A stretch of DNA of 63,779 bases, the filler included. It is 6 parts of 6 records of this genome, joined end to end, with 100 filler letters (N's around TTAATTAATTAA, not from the genome) between each part and the next. Parts side by side here need not be neighbours in the genome. Positions count along the whole stretch, not along the records: positions 36,998 to 49,874 come from DRR723986_7431; positions 49,975 to 58,390 come from DRR723986_7437; positions 58,491 to 63,779 come from DRR723986_7443; 3 more parts are not named here. One strand, 5' to 3'. The position numbers were made by a program, and so were the translations under genes. The notes under the pieces were generated by a model. The model was not told where the DNA came from and searched no databases. It saw only the letters and a program-made list of their open reading frames with translations. Shown piece after piece: positions 47,513 through 59,041 of this stretch. How positions within the stretch are numbered: position 1 is the stretch's first letter; the number at the start of each line of letters is the position of its first letter.

Positions 47513-48444
47513 CCCAAACCATCCAGCTCTGCCGCCCATGGAGGATTGGCACCCGCCCGCGAAACCGTGACCGCAGCGGCCTGTGCGCCCAGGGTCAGGG
47601 CAGGGCGCAGTTCCTCAATCTTGGCGGCGGCGAGGCGAGCCTGTTCCAACAGGCCCAAACGCTCAAGCCCAACCATCAGGCCCGCATTAAATGTATCGCC
47701 CGCGCCAACGGTATCGACCACCGTTGTGGGCACTGCCGGAACGTCGGTCTGCGCGGTGCGGCTCACCAATGAGGCCCCTTCATCGCCTTTTGTGACCACC
47801 ACAAACTGCGGTCCGGCCTCGCACATTTGTCGGGCACGATCTGTCAGGGTGCCGCCCTCTGGTGTGATCCAGTCCAGATCTTCGTCCGACACTTTGACGA
47901 CATCGCTCATTGCGATCATCCGTGCCAAACGTGCCCGATAGGCGGGCGCATCGGTGATGAACCCCGGCCTGATGTTGGGATCAAGTACAATCGTGCACCT
48001 GCCCGCCGCCTGCGCCATCAGGGCTTCATAGGCGCTGGCCGCCGGCTCCGCGACCAAACTGATCCCGCCAAAATACAGCGCCGAAAGGTCATCCGGTAGC
48101 GCTGGCAGATCTGCCTGCGTGATCGCGGATCCGGCGGAGTTCTCATCATAGAAGGAATAGACCGCCTTGCCGTCCGAAAGATGCACAATCGCCAATGTCG
48201 TGAGCCGGTCCGAGCGGATCAAATGGTCTGTTCCGACGTTGTTGGCTTGCAAGGAGTTGACCAACATCTCTCCAAACCCATCCGTGGATACGCCGCTGAG
48301 CAATCCTGCCTGCGCACCCAACCGCCCCAGGGCGATGGCCGTGTTAAATATCGCACCGCCCGTGTGCGGCGCATAGGCCGTCCCGCCCGAAGCTACGGGC
48401 GTGGGGATCATGTCGATCAAGGCTTCGCCGCAGCACAAAATCAT
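47509..48444 (-). CDS. PfkB carbohydrate kinase (fructokinase)
   Basis: MILCCGEALID, GGAIFN, DPNIRP, VKVSDED, DTVGAGDTF; follows mannitol dehydrogenase. Confidence 0.92.
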   Translation of the reverse strand: MILCCGEALIDMIPTPVASGGTAYAPHTGGAIFNTAIALGRLGAQAGLLSGVSTDGFGEMLVNSLQANNVGTDHLIRSDRLTTLAIVHLSDGKAVYSFYDENSAGSAITQADLPALPDDLSALYFGGISLVAEPAASAYEALMAQAAGRCTIVLDPNIRPGFITDAPAYRARLARMIAMSDVVKVSDEDLDWITPEGGTLTDRARQMCEAGPQFVVVTKGDEGASLVSRTAQTDVPAVPTTVVDTVGAGDTFNAGLMVGLERLGLLEQARLAAAKIEELRPALTLGAQAAAVTVSRAGANPPWAAELDGLG

Positions 48445-48447
48445 CGC

Positions 48448-49874
48448 TCAAAGATCCAGATAGCGGGCCAGTGCCGCCTCGACACCATTTGAGTGCAGCA
48501 GAGCCATCCAGCCGGAAAATGCCGTATCAAATACCGGATTGGCCGCCAGATCGCCGTAGATCTGCCTCTGCGCGATCCAAAGACCCGGCTCAGATGCGGC
48601 CTCTTTGGCCAGGTCTGTCAGCGCCTGCCAATTGGGATCATTGGCCGCGATTGGTGTGCCATCCTCGCGGGTGCCAAGGCAATACCGCGCCCAGATCGCT
48701 GAAATCAAGGCCAGACCAGAGACCGGCGTGCCCGACGCCAGACCATCACGCACCGACGGCAGAATGAACCCCGGCTGCCGGCTTGACCCGTCATAGGCGA
48801 CCCGCCGCGTGGTGTCGCGGATCTCGGGGTTGGCAAAGCGCCGGTCGATCAGATCGAGATAGGCGAGGGGGGTCATGGCGGGAACATCGGCCACATGCGG
48901 TGCGATCTCTTGCTCGACGATTTTGCGCAAGGTCCGCCGGATCAGCGGATGATCCATCGTCTGGGCGATGGTCTCAATGCCCAGAAGATCTCCGGCGGCG
49001 GCAATGATCTGATGACCGCCATTCAGAATGCGCAGCTTCATCGCCTCGAACTGGTGCACATCCTCGCAGAAGGTCGCGCCAACTTCTTCGAGGGGGGGGC
49101 GCCCGGCGCAGAAATCATCTTCGATCACCCATTGGCGAAAGTTTTCATGGGTCACGGGCGCGGCATCGTCGATGCCAAAACCGTTGGCCAGCGCCCGTTC
49201 TGCCGTGCCAGTGGCCGGCACGATGCAATCGACCATCGAATTTGGAAAACTGCACTCTGCGGCGATCCAGTCCGCCAGCGCCGGATCAGACATCCGCGCC
49301 AGCGACAACACCGTCTGGCGCAGCACATCGCCATTGCTTTGCAGATTGTCACAGCTCATCACCGTGAAGGGGCCGGTCCCTTGGGCGCGGCGCAGGTCAA
49401 GCGCGGCAATGATCGCACCAAAGGCGGTGCGCGGGCGGCGGGGATGCGCGGCGTCATGAACGATATCGTCATGGGCTGCATCAAAGCCGCCGGACGCCGG
49501 ATCAACGAAATAGCCGCCTTCGGTGACCGTCAGTGACACGATGCGGATTGAGGGATCGGTCATCTTGGTAATCAAGGGGCCGTTGTCCGGGGTCACGGGC
49601 AGGAAATCAATCATTGCGCCGGTCACTTCGGCGGACATGCCAGCAGGGTCCAGCTCAATCAAGGTGGTCAGGCAATTCTGCCCCAGCAGGCGTTCGCGCT
49701 GCGCACCATCGGCGGCACGGACGCCTGCGCCGATGATCGCCCAATCCAGCGCTTTGCCGCTTTGCATCAACCGGTGCAGATACCATGCCTGATGGGCGCG
49801 GTGAAAATTGCCCAGGCCGATGTGCACGATCCCCGCCGTCAGGGTCTCCCGGTTGTAGGTGGGGCGCGCGACCG
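48448..49874 (-). CDS. mtlK: Mannitol 2-dehydrogenase family protein (5' end cut by linker)
   Basis: HIGLGNFHRAHQA, SLTVTEGGY, MSCDNL, FPNSMVDCIVP, MKLRILNGGH, RFANP. Confidence 0.88.
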
Positions 49875-49974
49875 NNNNNNNNNNNNNNNNNNNNNNNNNN
49901 NNNNNNNNNNNNNNNNNNTTAATTAATTAANNNNNNNNNNNNNNNNNNNNNNNNNNNNNNNNNNNNNNNNNNNN
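49875..49974. other. Artificial contig linker
   Basis: N44-TTAATTAATTAA-N44. Confidence 0.99.
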
Positions 49975-50092
49975 CGCTGGGGTGTTGGCAGAGCAATGCG
50001 GCCAGATGATATCTGGATTTTTCAGCCGGCGTCGCCGTGAGATCCGGCAACGTCGCAAACAACACTCAGGGAAGGGAAGCGAAGCTCTATGA
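49975..50092 (+). CDS. tadA: 3' end of tRNA adenosine(34) deaminase (not in the ORF track)
   Basis: Frame from 49976 reads AGVLAEQCGQMISGFFSRRRREIRQRRK...*, matching the TadA C-terminal GVLAxEC...FF.RRR helix; ATGA overlap with galE. Confidence 0.75.
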
Positions 50093-51078
50093 AAGTACTG
50101 GTAACGGGCGGTGCCGGGTATATTGGCAGTCACGTTGTGCGTCAACTGGCAGCGGCAGGTCATGACATTGTCGTTTTTGATAACCTGTCTACCGGTTATC
50201 GCTGGGCCGTGACCGCCGGCGAGTTGGTGGCGGGTGATCTTGCCGATGAGCAGGCGCTTGAAGCGGTGTTCTCCGAGCACAGATTTGAGGCGGTGTTGCA
50301 TTTTGCCGCCAATATTGTCGTGCCGGAATCGGTTGCCAACCCCCTCAAGTATTACAGCAATAACACCCGCAACACCCTGAATCTTCTCAAGATGGTTGAG
50401 CACCATCAGGTTCCCTACATGGTGTTTTCGTCCACCGCAGCAGTTTACGGCATGCCCGAACAAACCGTACTGACGGAAGGCCTTCCGCTGGCGCCCATCA
50501 ACCCCTACGGTGCCTCGAAAATGATGAGCGAGCGCATGATGATGGACCTCGCCGCCGCCAGCAGCCTGAATTACGTGATCCTGCGCTATTTCAACGTGGC
50601 CGGTGCCAATCCGGACGGCTTGTTGGGGCAGGCGACGCCGGAGGCAACGCACCTGATCAAGGTAGCCTGCGAGTGCGTGACAGGGCAGAGAGATGGTATG
50701 AGCGTGTTTGGCACCGACTACGAGACCCGGGACGGCACCTGTGTCCGCGACTACATCCATGTGGAAGATCTGGCCAAGGCCCATGTTATGGCGCTGGATT
50801 ATATGGCCAAAGGCGGCGATTCTCAGGTGCTCAATTGCGGCTATGGCCGTGGTTTCACCGTGCGTGAAGTGATTGACGTGGTGAAAGCCGAGTCCGGTGT
50901 TGACTTCCCGGTACAGGAAACCGGACGCCGAGCCGGCGACCCGGCTGCGCTGATGGCCGATAACACACGGATCAAGAGTGTCCTGGGCTGGCAGCCGGAT
51001 TTCGATGACCTGAATACCATTGTGCGGACCGCGCTGGCCTGGGAAAAGATCTGGCAGCAAAAGAAAGCAGGCCATTGA
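50089..51078 (+). CDS. galE: UDP-glucose 4-epimerase
   Basis: VTGGAGYIGSH, FSSTAAVYG, PYGASK, LRYFNVAGA, DGTCVRDYIHV. Confidence 0.96.
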   Translation: MKVLVTGGAGYIGSHVVRQLAAAGHDIVVFDNLSTGYRWAVTAGELVAGDLADEQALEAVFSEHRFEAVLHFAANIVVPESVANPLKYYSNNTRNTLNLLKMVEHHQVPYMVFSSTAAVYGMPEQTVLTEGLPLAPINPYGASKMMSERMMMDLAAASSLNYVILRYFNVAGANPDGLLGQATPEATHLIKVACECVTGQRDGMSVFGTDYETRDGTCVRDYIHVEDLAKAHVMALDYMAKGGDSQVLNCGYGRGFTVREVIDVVKAESGVDFPVQETGRRAGDPAALMADNTRIKSVLGWQPDFDDLNTIVRTALAWEKIWQQKKAGH

Positions 51079-51111
51079 CAGTTTTCATACTAAATTTTCA
51101 GGAAGAATTGC

Positions 51112-52458
51112 ATGAAGATTACGATTTTCGGAACCGGTTATGTCGGCCTTGTGACTGGCGCCTGTCTGGCCGATGTCGGGCATCACGTGCTCTGCATGGA
51201 TGTGGATCAAGGCAAGATCGAAAAGCTGAAGAACGGCCAGATTCCTATTTACGAGCCAGGCCTGGACAACATCGTCAGGCACACCGTTGAGGCTGGTCGC
51301 CTTTCGTTTACCACGGACACCGAGGAAGCGGTCAAACACGGCATCCTTCAGTTTATCGCCGTTGGCACGCCGCCGGATGAAGATGGTTCTGCGGACCTGC
51401 AGTACGTTCTGGCAGTCGCAAAATCCATCGGCCAGCACATGGAGGGCTACAAGGTGGTGGTGGATAAGTCCACCGTACCGGTCGGGACCGGCGACAAGGT
51501 CAAGGCGGCGGTTCGTGCCCAGTTGGACAAGCGCGGGCTGGAACTGGATTTTGATGTGGTGTCCAATCCGGAATTCCTGAAAGAAGGCGCTGCCATCAAC
51601 GATTTCATGAAGCCGGACCGGATTGTGGTCGGCACCGAGAGCGAGAAGGCGGCGGATGTGTTGCGGGAAGTGTACTACCCGTTCAACCGCAACCACGATC
51701 GCATGATCTTCATGGACATCCGTTCTGCTGAGCTGACCAAGTACGCGGCCAATGCCATGCTGGCTACCAAGATCAGCTTCATGAATGAAGTGGCAAACCT
51801 GGCCGAGCGGCTGGGTGCGGATATTGAAGAAGTGCGCCGGGGTATCGGTTCTGACCCGCGTATCGGTTATCACTTTATCTACCCAGGTTGCGGTTACGGC
51901 GGCTCCTGCTTCCCGAAAGATGTGCAGGCCCTGGCCCGCACCGCCCGTGACTGTGACTACGAATCCAAGCTGCTGAACGCAGTGGAAGCCGTCAACTATG
52001 CCCAGAAGCACGTGCTGTTCGACAAGGTCTCGCATTACTTCCAGGGTGACCTGAAGGGCAAGACCGTGGCGCTCTGGGGGCTGGCGTTCAAGCCCAACAC
52101 AGATGATATGCGTGAAGCGTCGTCCCGAACCCTGATGGACGATCTCTGGAAAGCCGGTGCGAAGGTGCAGGCTTTCGACCCGGAAGCCATGGAAGAAACC
52201 CAGCGCATCTACGGGGATCATGAGGGACTGACTTTGTGCGGTACCAAAGAACAGGCGTTGAAGGGTGCTGACGTACTGGTGATCTGCACCGAGTGGAAAG
52301 AGTTCCGCTCACCGGACTTTGATGTGATTGCCTCAACCCTGAGTGAGCCGGTGGTGTTTGATGGTCGCAACCTGTACGAGCCGGAAATGCTGGAGCGTCA
52401 TGGCCTGATCTACTATGCCATTGGCCGCGGCCGTAACCAGTTCCATTCAGCGGTCTGA
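51112..52458 (+). CDS. ugd: UDP-glucose 6-dehydrogenase
   Basis: [45 protein letters not shown]. Confidence 0.95.
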   Translation: MKITIFGTGYVGLVTGACLADVGHHVLCMDVDQGKIEKLKNGQIPIYEPGLDNIVRHTVEAGRLSFTTDTEEAVKHGILQFIAVGTPPDEDGSADLQYVLAVAKSIGQHMEGYKVVVDKSTVPVGTGDKVKAAVRAQLDKRGLELDFDVVSNPEFLKEGAAINDFMKPDRIVVGTESEKAADVLREVYYPFNRNHDRMIFMDIRSAELTKYAANAMLATKISFMNEVANLAERLGADIEEVRRGIGSDPRIGYHFIYPGCGYGGSCFPKDVQALARTARDCDYESKLLNAVEAVNYAQKHVLFDKVSHYFQGDLKGKTVALWGLAFKPNTDDMREASSRTLMDDLWKAGAKVQAFDPEAMEETQRIYGDHEGLTLCGTKEQALKGADVLVICTEWKEFRSPDFDVIASTLSEPVVFDGRNLYEPEMLERHGLIYYAIGRGRNQFHSAV

Positions 52459-52477
52459 CGGCCGGGGAGGGGTGTTG

Positions 52478-52888
52478 ATGTTCGAGCTTCACGAGCGTTT
52501 GGCGGCAGATACCCACAAGTTGGGAGAAAGCCGTCTGTGTGATGTCTTGCTGATGAACGACAACACCTGGCCCTGGGTTATCCTGGTACCTCGCGTGTCA
52601 GGCATGCGGGAAATCTATGAGTTGTCGAACGAGCAGCAGCAACGACTGCTGTTCGAGTCCTCTGCATTGAGTGAAGGGATGATGGAGCTGTTCCGTGGCG
52701 ACAAAATGAATGTGGCAGCGCTGGGCAATATGGTGCCCCAGTTGCACTTGCATCATATTGTCCGCTATCAGGGCGACCCGGCCTGGCCGGGCCCCGTGTG
52801 GGGCAAGCAGCTTCCGGTGCCTTACACGGACGATCAGCTGATCAATGTGAAAGCAAAGCTCCAGTCGCTACTCAAGCAACTGGCCTGA
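52478..52888 (+). CDS. HIT domain protein
   Basis: WVILVP, KMNVAALGNMVPQLHLHHI, DPAWPGPVWG; GGAGG RBS before ATG 52478. Confidence 0.9.
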   Translation: MFELHERLAADTHKLGESRLCDVLLMNDNTWPWVILVPRVSGMREIYELSNEQQQRLLFESSALSEGMMELFRGDKMNVAALGNMVPQLHLHHIVRYQGDPAWPGPVWGKQLPVPYTDDQLINVKAKLQSLLKQLA

Positions 52889-52899
52889 GGTTTGCTGTT

Positions 52900-53586
52900 T
52901 TAATCAAGGCCCTGCTGCCACTGGGCCAGGGTCTGGGAACCCACCAGAATCATTCTCAGCTCGGTTTTCAATTTCTGTTTGAGTTCTTCTCGCTCTTTCG
53001 GGGTTGCATCCAGCGCCTCGGCGCCTTGATTGAAGACCAGTGTAACCATGGCTTCGGCGACAATCCTGGCTTCCGCCAGGGGTTTGTTCTGCTCGTCGGC
53101 AAACCGGCCAAGATCGTCGGCCAGTTCCGTTACGAAATGATCGATTTCTGCTTTCACCGCCGTCCGGAAAGGCTTGGATACGCCGGTGCGCTCCCTCAGC
53201 ATCAGGCGGAACAGGTTGGCATTGTTACCCAGGTACTCCATGAACGTGTCCACCGAAGTGGAAATCGCGCTGCCGTCCCGGACAATACGTTTACGGGCTT
53301 GACGCATAAGCTGGCGTAGGGCCACGCCGCCTTCATCCACCAAAGCTAGGCCAAGCTCGTCCAGCTCGGCAAAGTGCCGGTAAAACGAGGTGGGAGCAAT
53401 GCCAGCCTCTCGGGCCACTTCCCGCAAACTGAGGCTGCCAAAGCCCCGATCTGCGCTCAGTTGGGCGAGGGCCGCGTCCATCAGTGCTCGACGGGTTTTC
53501 AGTTTCTGTTCCGCTCGGGTGGCCAACGTCTTACTCCATGGTCCGGTCAAACCATGCATTCTAGCCCCCGGTTTTTTGATAGTCAT
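52900..53586 (-). CDS. fabR: TetR-family fatty-acid biosynthesis repressor
   Basis: [51 protein letters not shown]; start codon uncertain. Confidence 0.88.
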   Translation of the reverse strand: MTIKKPGARMHGLTGPWSKTLATRAEQKLKTRRALMDAALAQLSADRGFGSLSLREVAREAGIAPTSFYRHFAELDELGLALVDEGGVALRQLMRQARKRIVRDGSAISTSVDTFMEYLGNNANLFRLMLRERTGVSKPFRTAVKAEIDHFVTELADDLGRFADEQNKPLAEARIVAEAMVTLVFNQGAEALDATPKEREELKQKLKTELRMILVGSQTLAQWQQGLD

Positions 53587-53729
53587 CCCGATGCCGGATA
53601 TCCGGTGTCAATTCTGTTTCCGGACGCCTGATTTTCGAGGTCATTGTGTTTATAATGGGCGGCTTTTCGGCTATAGCCGCCCAAATCTTTGATTCAACGC
53701 GAACACATTCAGAACGAACGGGAACCGAT

Positions 53730-55529
53730 ATGCGCAGCCATTATTGCGGTGGGATCAACGAATCTCACATCGATCAGGAAGTCACACTCTGCGGATGGGT
53801 ACACCGCCGCCGTGACCACGGTGGGGTCATCTTTCTGGATCTGCGAGATCGGGATGGCATGTCTCAGGTTGTGGTCGATCCGGACACCCCTGAAAGTTTT
53901 GCTCTGGCGGAGAAAGTCCGCAGTGAATTTGTTATCAAGGTGACCGGCCTCGTTCGTCGTCGCCCCGCGGGTACCGAGAACAACAACATGCCCACTGGCC
54001 AGGTCGAGCTGTTGGGCAAAGAACTGGTCATTCTGAACGCAGCGGCCACCCCGCCGTTCCCGCTGGACGAGCACGTCGACGTGGGCGAGGATGTCCGCCT
54101 GCGCTACCGTTTCGTAGATCTGCGTCGTCCGGAGATGATCAACCGTCTGCGGTTCCGCTCCCGTGTGACCAGCTACATCCGGAACTTCCTGGACAGCCGC
54201 GGATTTATGGATGTGGAAACCCCGATCCTGACCCGCGCCACCCCGGAAGGTGCCCGTGACTACCTGGTACCGAGCCGTACCCACGACGGTTCCTTCTTCG
54301 CTCTGCCTCAGTCGCCGCAGCTGTTCAAGCAGTTGCTGATGGTGTCTGGTGTCGATCGCTACTACCAGATTGCCAAGTGTTTCCGCGATGAGGATCTGCG
54401 TGCCGATCGTCAGCCCGAGTTTACCCAGGTGGATATCGAGGCTTCTTTCATCGATGAAGAAACCCTGATGGGCCTGAACGAGGAAATGATTCGTTCCCTG
54501 TTCAAGGATGTGCTGGATGTTGAGCTGCCGGAGTTTCCGCGCATGCCGTATTCTGAAGCCATGCAGCGTTACGGCAGCGACAAGCCGGACCTGCGTATCC
54601 CTCTGGAACTTCAGGATGTGGGTGATCTGGTGGAAAGCGTGGACTTCAAGGTTTTCGCAGGTCCCGCCAAAGATCCGAAGGGCCGTGTCGCCGCACTGCG
54701 GGTGTCCAAGGGTGCCGAGCTTACCCGTAAACAGATTGATGACTACACCAAGTTTGTTGGTATCTACGGTGCCAAGGGCCTAGCCTATATCAAGGTAAAC
54801 GAACTGGCCAAGGGTGCCGAAGGCCTGCAGTCTCCGATCGTGAAATTCCTGGGGGACGACGTTGCCCTGGCCATCATGGAGCGAGTAGGTGCAGAAGATG
54901 GCGATATCGTCTTCTTCGGCGCCGATAAGGCTACCGTCGTGAATGAAGCCCTGGGCGCCCTGCGTATCAAGGTAGGACACGACCTCAACATGCTTACCTG
55001 CGAGTGGGCACCAATGTGGGTTGTAGACTTCCCGATGTTCGAGGAGCTGCCGGATGGCAATCTGACCGCTATCCACCACCCGTTCACGGCGCCGTCCTGC
55101 AGCTCGGAAGATCTGGCAGCAGACCCGGCGAACGCCCTGTCCCGCGCCTATGACATGGTGCTCAATGGTACCGAGCTGGGCGGTGGTTCTATCCGTATCC
55201 ACGATGAGAAAATGCAGGAAGCGGTGTTCCGTATCCTGGGTATCGGAGAGGAAGAGGCTCGTGCCAAGTTTGGCTTCCTGCTGGATGCCCTGAAATTTGG
55301 TTGTCCGCCTCACGGTGGTCTGGCCTTTGGTCTGGATCGTCTGGTGATGCTGATGACCGGTTCTTCGTCAATCCGCGACGTCATCGCTTTCCCGAAAACC
55401 CAGAGCGCCACCTGTCTGATGACTCAGGCGCCGGGTGAGGTAGACGAGAAGCAGCTGAAGGAGCTGCATATTCGTCTGCGCCGTTCTGCTAAAGCCGTTG
55501 AAGGCAACAAGGCAGAAGATCAAGAGTAA
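53730..55529 (+). CDS. aspS: Aspartyl-tRNA synthetase, likely non-discriminating (Asp/Asn)
   Basis: [60 protein letters not shown] at 53651-53656 upstream. Confidence 0.97.
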   Translation: MRSHYCGGINESHIDQEVTLCGWVHRRRDHGGVIFLDLRDRDGMSQVVVDPDTPESFALAEKVRSEFVIKVTGLVRRRPAGTENNNMPTGQVELLGKELVILNAAATPPFPLDEHVDVGEDVRLRYRFVDLRRPEMINRLRFRSRVTSYIRNFLDSRGFMDVETPILTRATPEGARDYLVPSRTHDGSFFALPQSPQLFKQLLMVSGVDRYYQIAKCFRDEDLRADRQPEFTQVDIEASFIDEETLMGLNEEMIRSLFKDVLDVELPEFPRMPYSEAMQRYGSDKPDLRIPLELQDVGDLVESVDFKVFAGPAKDPKGRVAALRVSKGAELTRKQIDDYTKFVGIYGAKGLAYIKVNELAKGAEGLQSPIVKFLGDDVALAIMERVGAEDGDIVFFGADKATVVNEALGALRIKVGHDLNMLTCEWAPMWVVDFPMFEELPDGNLTAIHHPFTAPSCSSEDLAADPANALSRAYDMVLNGTELGGGSIRIHDEKMQEAVFRILGIGEEEARAKFGFLLDALKFGCPPHGGLAFGLDRLVMLMTGSSSIRDVIAFPKTQSATCLMTQAPGEVDEKQLKELHIRLRRSAKAVEGNKAEDQE

Positions 55530-55598
55530 AGGTACGATGCCGGAGGTGGGGCGCCATCTCCGGCACGGCCAGACTCTCTCACTTCCGAGGGCAGGCGG

Positions 55599-56126
55599 AT
55601 GGCAATCATCCTGGGGGTAGACCCCGGCTCCCGTATCACCGGTTACGGTCTTATTCGTTCTGAAGGCCACCTTCTTGAGTACCTCGACAGTGGCTGCATC
55701 CGAGTAGGTGAAAAGCCAATGGCGGAGAGGCTGCAGACCATTTTTCACAGTCTCGCCGTGCTGATTGGTGAGTATCGCCCGGAGGAGTTTGCTATTGAGC
55801 AGGTGTTCATGGCGCGGAACCCGGACTCGGCCCTGAAGCTTGGTCAGGCAAGGGGAGCTGCAATCGTCAGTGCCGCCAACAGCGGCCTGGCAGTCCATGA
55901 GTATTCTGCCCGGCAGGTGAAGCAGGCGGTGGTGGGTACTGGTGGAGCGGATAAATCCCAGGTGCAGCACATGGTGCAGGCGCTTCTGGGGCTGTCCCGA
56001 AAGCCACAGGCGGATGCCGCCGATGCCCTGGCCATAGCTCTGTGCCATGCCCATATGAACCAGAGTGTATTACGTATGGCCAGGACCGGAGGTAAGGTCA
56101 GAAGCGGCCGCGTACGCCAACCATAA
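55599..56126 (+). CDS. ruvC: Holliday junction resolvase
   Basis: [37 protein letters not shown]. Confidence 0.97.
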   Translation: MAIILGVDPGSRITGYGLIRSEGHLLEYLDSGCIRVGEKPMAERLQTIFHSLAVLIGEYRPEEFAIEQVFMARNPDSALKLGQARGAAIVSAANSGLAVHEYSARQVKQAVVGTGGADKSQVQHMVQALLGLSRKPQADAADALAIALCHAHMNQSVLRMARTGGKVRSGRVRQP

Positions 56127-56156
56127 GCGGCGGTTTGCCGCGACAGGAGAGCCGGT

Positions 56157-56786
56157 TTGATTGGTCGAATCCGAGGAATGCTGATTGAAAAGTCTCCCGG
56201 GCAGGCGCTGGTGGAATGTTCCGGCCTGGGTTACGAAATTGACATTCCCTACACCACATTTTTTCATCTGCCCGAGGCCGGGCAGGAAGTAACCCTTCAT
56301 ACCCATTTCGCCGTTCGTGAAGACGCCCAGAGCCTTTATGGTTTTGCCTCCCGTCTGGATCGAAATCTGTTTCGGCTGCTGATCAAGGTTAACGGTGTTG
56401 GTCCCAAACTTGCGGTGGGTATTCTGTCGGGCCTGGATGCACAGCAATTCATCCGCTGTGTCGAGGCTCGGGACGCGAATTCGCTGGTGAAACTGCCCGG
56501 TGTCGGCAAAAAAACGGCCGAGAGGCTGTTGATTGAAATGGCCGACAGGATAGGGCAGCTGGAAGGGCAGTTCGTCCCGTCTCAGCCCGATGTGCCGACT
56601 GGAGCCGGGGCGGCTATGGCGAGTCAGGCTGGGCCTGACCCACGTGAGGAGGCGGAGGCCGCATTGATTGCGCTTGGCTACAAGCCCCAGGAGGCGGCCA
56701 AGGCGATCAGCAAGGTGGCCGGCCCGGAGATGAACAGCGAAACGCTGATTCGTCTGGCCCTGAAGAATATGATTCCCGCCGGGTAA
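56157..56786 (+). CDS. ruvA: Holliday junction branch migration protein
   Basis: MIGRIRG, VREDA..LYGF, VNGVGPK, PGVGKKTAERL, AL.ALGY. Confidence 0.97.
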   Translation: MIGRIRGMLIEKSPGQALVECSGLGYEIDIPYTTFFHLPEAGQEVTLHTHFAVREDAQSLYGFASRLDRNLFRLLIKVNGVGPKLAVGILSGLDAQQFIRCVEARDANSLVKLPGVGKKTAERLLIEMADRIGQLEGQFVPSQPDVPTGAGAAMASQAGPDPREEAEAALIALGYKPQEAAKAISKVAGPEMNSETLIRLALKNMIPAG

Positions 56787-56946
56787 CAACCCGGCGTTTT
56801 TGTGTCGGCTATGGCCACAGAACCATGACACCAATGTGTATAGAGCGTAACGTGACTCACAAGCGCCCCTTTGTACAATTGGTGCAACCTGACTTACAGG
56901 TTGAGCCAGCGGGCATGTTGTCTATTCCCAGCAAGCGGATAATGCC

Positions 56947-57978
56947 ATGATTGAATCGGACCGATTGATATCGGCCAAGGCCGGAGAATATGAGGAAGTG
57001 CATGATCGGGCCATCCGTCCGACCTTGCTTTCCGAGTATGTGGGCCAGCCTACGGTACGCGAACAGATGGAGATTTTTATCTCCGCTGCCCGGGGCCGCC
57101 AGGAAGCGCTGGATCATGTGCTGATTTTCGGCCCTCCCGGTCTTGGTAAAACCACTCTGGCCAACATCATTGCCAATGAGATGGGGGTCTCGATCAAGAC
57201 CACGTCCGGCCCGGTACTGGAAAAGGCCGGAGACCTGGCTGCCATGCTCACCAATCTCGAGGAAGGCGACGTCCTGTTTATCGACGAGATCCATCGCCTG
57301 AGTGCGGCGGTGGAGGAAGTGCTCTATCCGGCCATGGAAGACTATCAGCTGGATATCATGATTGGTGAAGGGCCGGCAGCAAGGTCAATCAAACTGGATC
57401 TGCCGCCGTTTACGCTGGTGGGGGCAACCACCCGTGCTGGCCTGTTGACGTCGCCGTTGCGGGACAGGTTCGGCATTGTCCAGCGCCTGGAATTCTACAA
57501 TCACCAGGACCTCACCCACATAATTACCCGCTCGGCCAGGTTGTCGTCGGTGGAAATCGACGAGGCAGGGGCGTTCGAGATTGCCCGTCGGTCCCGGGGG
57601 ACGCCAAGGATCGCCAACCGGCTGTTGCGCCGGGTCAGGGACTTTGCCGAAGTGCGCTCCAATGGCCATGTCACGGCGGATATTGCCGACCAGGCACTGA
57701 ACATGTTGAAAGTGGACAGCCAGGGCTTTGACCATATGGACCGTCGCCTGTTGCTCGCCATGATCGAGAAGTTTGATGGTGGCCCGGTAGGCGTGGAGAG
57801 TCTGGCGGCCGCAATCAGTGAGGAGCGGGGCACCATTGAGGACGTACTGGAGCCGTTCCTGATTCAGCAGGGGTACATGGTGCGGACACCAAGAGGGCGT
57901 ATGGTGACCTCGAACGCGTACCAGCATTTCGGGGTGGTGCCGCCAAAGTCCGGCCGGGAGGACGATCTTTTTGAGTGA
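56947..57978 (+). CDS. ruvB: Holliday junction helicase
   Basis: [41 protein letters not shown]. Confidence 0.98.
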   Translation: MIESDRLISAKAGEYEEVHDRAIRPTLLSEYVGQPTVREQMEIFISAARGRQEALDHVLIFGPPGLGKTTLANIIANEMGVSIKTTSGPVLEKAGDLAAMLTNLEEGDVLFIDEIHRLSAAVEEVLYPAMEDYQLDIMIGEGPAARSIKLDLPPFTLVGATTRAGLLTSPLRDRFGIVQRLEFYNHQDLTHIITRSARLSSVEIDEAGAFEIARRSRGTPRIANRLLRRVRDFAEVRSNGHVTADIADQALNMLKVDSQGFDHMDRRLLLAMIEKFDGGPVGVESLAAAISEERGTIEDVLEPFLIQQGYMVRTPRGRMVTSNAYQHFGVVPPKSGREDDLFE

Positions 57979-58390
57979 TGCCTTCGCCAGCGCCAGCTTT
58001 GAACTGCCGGTTCGGGTGTATATAGAAGATACAGACGCCGGTGGTATTGTCTTCCATGCCAAATACCTGCACTACATGGAGCGTGCCAGAACGGAGTGGG
58101 TCCGTAGCCAGGGAGTCGGGCTTCGTGCGGGGCTGGAGCACAACATCAGTTACGTGGTGCAAAAGATGAATCTGCACTTCCGGATACCCGCGAAGCTGGA
58201 TGATCAGTTGCTGGTCACGGCTGAACTGAAAGCGGCATCCCGGGTCTGGATGGGTTTTCGGCAATGCGTGTATCGGGCGGATGATCGGCAGCTGCTGTGT
58301 GATGCAGACGTCCGTGTGGCCTGTGTTGCGCTGGATACCGGCAAACCCCGGCGTCTTCCGGAAAATATGCAGGAAATTCTTAAGAATTTC
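57971..58390 (+). CDS. ybgC: Tol-Pal-associated acyl-CoA thioesterase (3' end cut by linker)
   Basis: [34 protein letters not shown]; follows ruvB. Confidence 0.92.
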
Positions 58391-58490
58391 NNNNNNNNNN
58401 NNNNNNNNNNNNNNNNNNNNNNNNNNNNNNNNNNTTAATTAATTAANNNNNNNNNNNNNNNNNNNNNNNNNNNNNNNNNNNNNNNNNNNN
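58391..58490. other. Artificial contig linker
   Basis: N44-TTAATTAATTAA-N44. Confidence 0.99.
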
Positions 58491-59041
58491 CCCTAAGGGC
58501 TCGACCCTGTTCTAAAATTTCCGAGATTCAAATCTGAGTGCCTTAAGACAGATTCTCAGACCGCTGATCCTCAATTACTTCCCGATGCCACGAATAGCCT
58601 TGTTTCAATCCAGAATCGTGAATATTGGAATGCCGACTGTTTTGTTAGCAAGGTTTCAATCCATCTCGCGTGCCAACCAGCGAACAATTTTCTTGTCCTG
58701 ACGCAAGCACTCAGCCTCAAATTCCAAGCCCCAAGTCCTAAGAAATTGTGCCAATCTGCCGTGCTCAGAGAGTCAAGAGATGCAGACTCTAGTCTGCGAG
58801 AGTCACTTCCCAATTCTACAGCAACGGGATGGCAGCCTACGTATCTCAAGACCTCCAGCTGTTCGCCACAGAGTATATAGTCGCTGGGGACACATCATGG
58901 CCGAAATTTATTTTCACCACTGCTGTGACATTTTGATTGGCTCGTGCATATCTGCTTGTACGCAATCAGTTGGAGCGTTTGGTACCGCGAGATATCCTGA
59001 AGGTTGCATATTTTTTTTCAGACAGTTTTGGGACTGCGGGC

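Noticed and set aside
49927-52221. 382-aa and 378-aa minus-strand ORFs
   Set aside because: Antisense shadows of galE and ugd.
56885-56903. CAACCTG-ACTTA-CAGGTTG between ruvA and ruvB as a LexA box
   Set aside because: Spacing is CTG-N5-CAG rather than CTG-N10-CAG; just a short inverted repeat.
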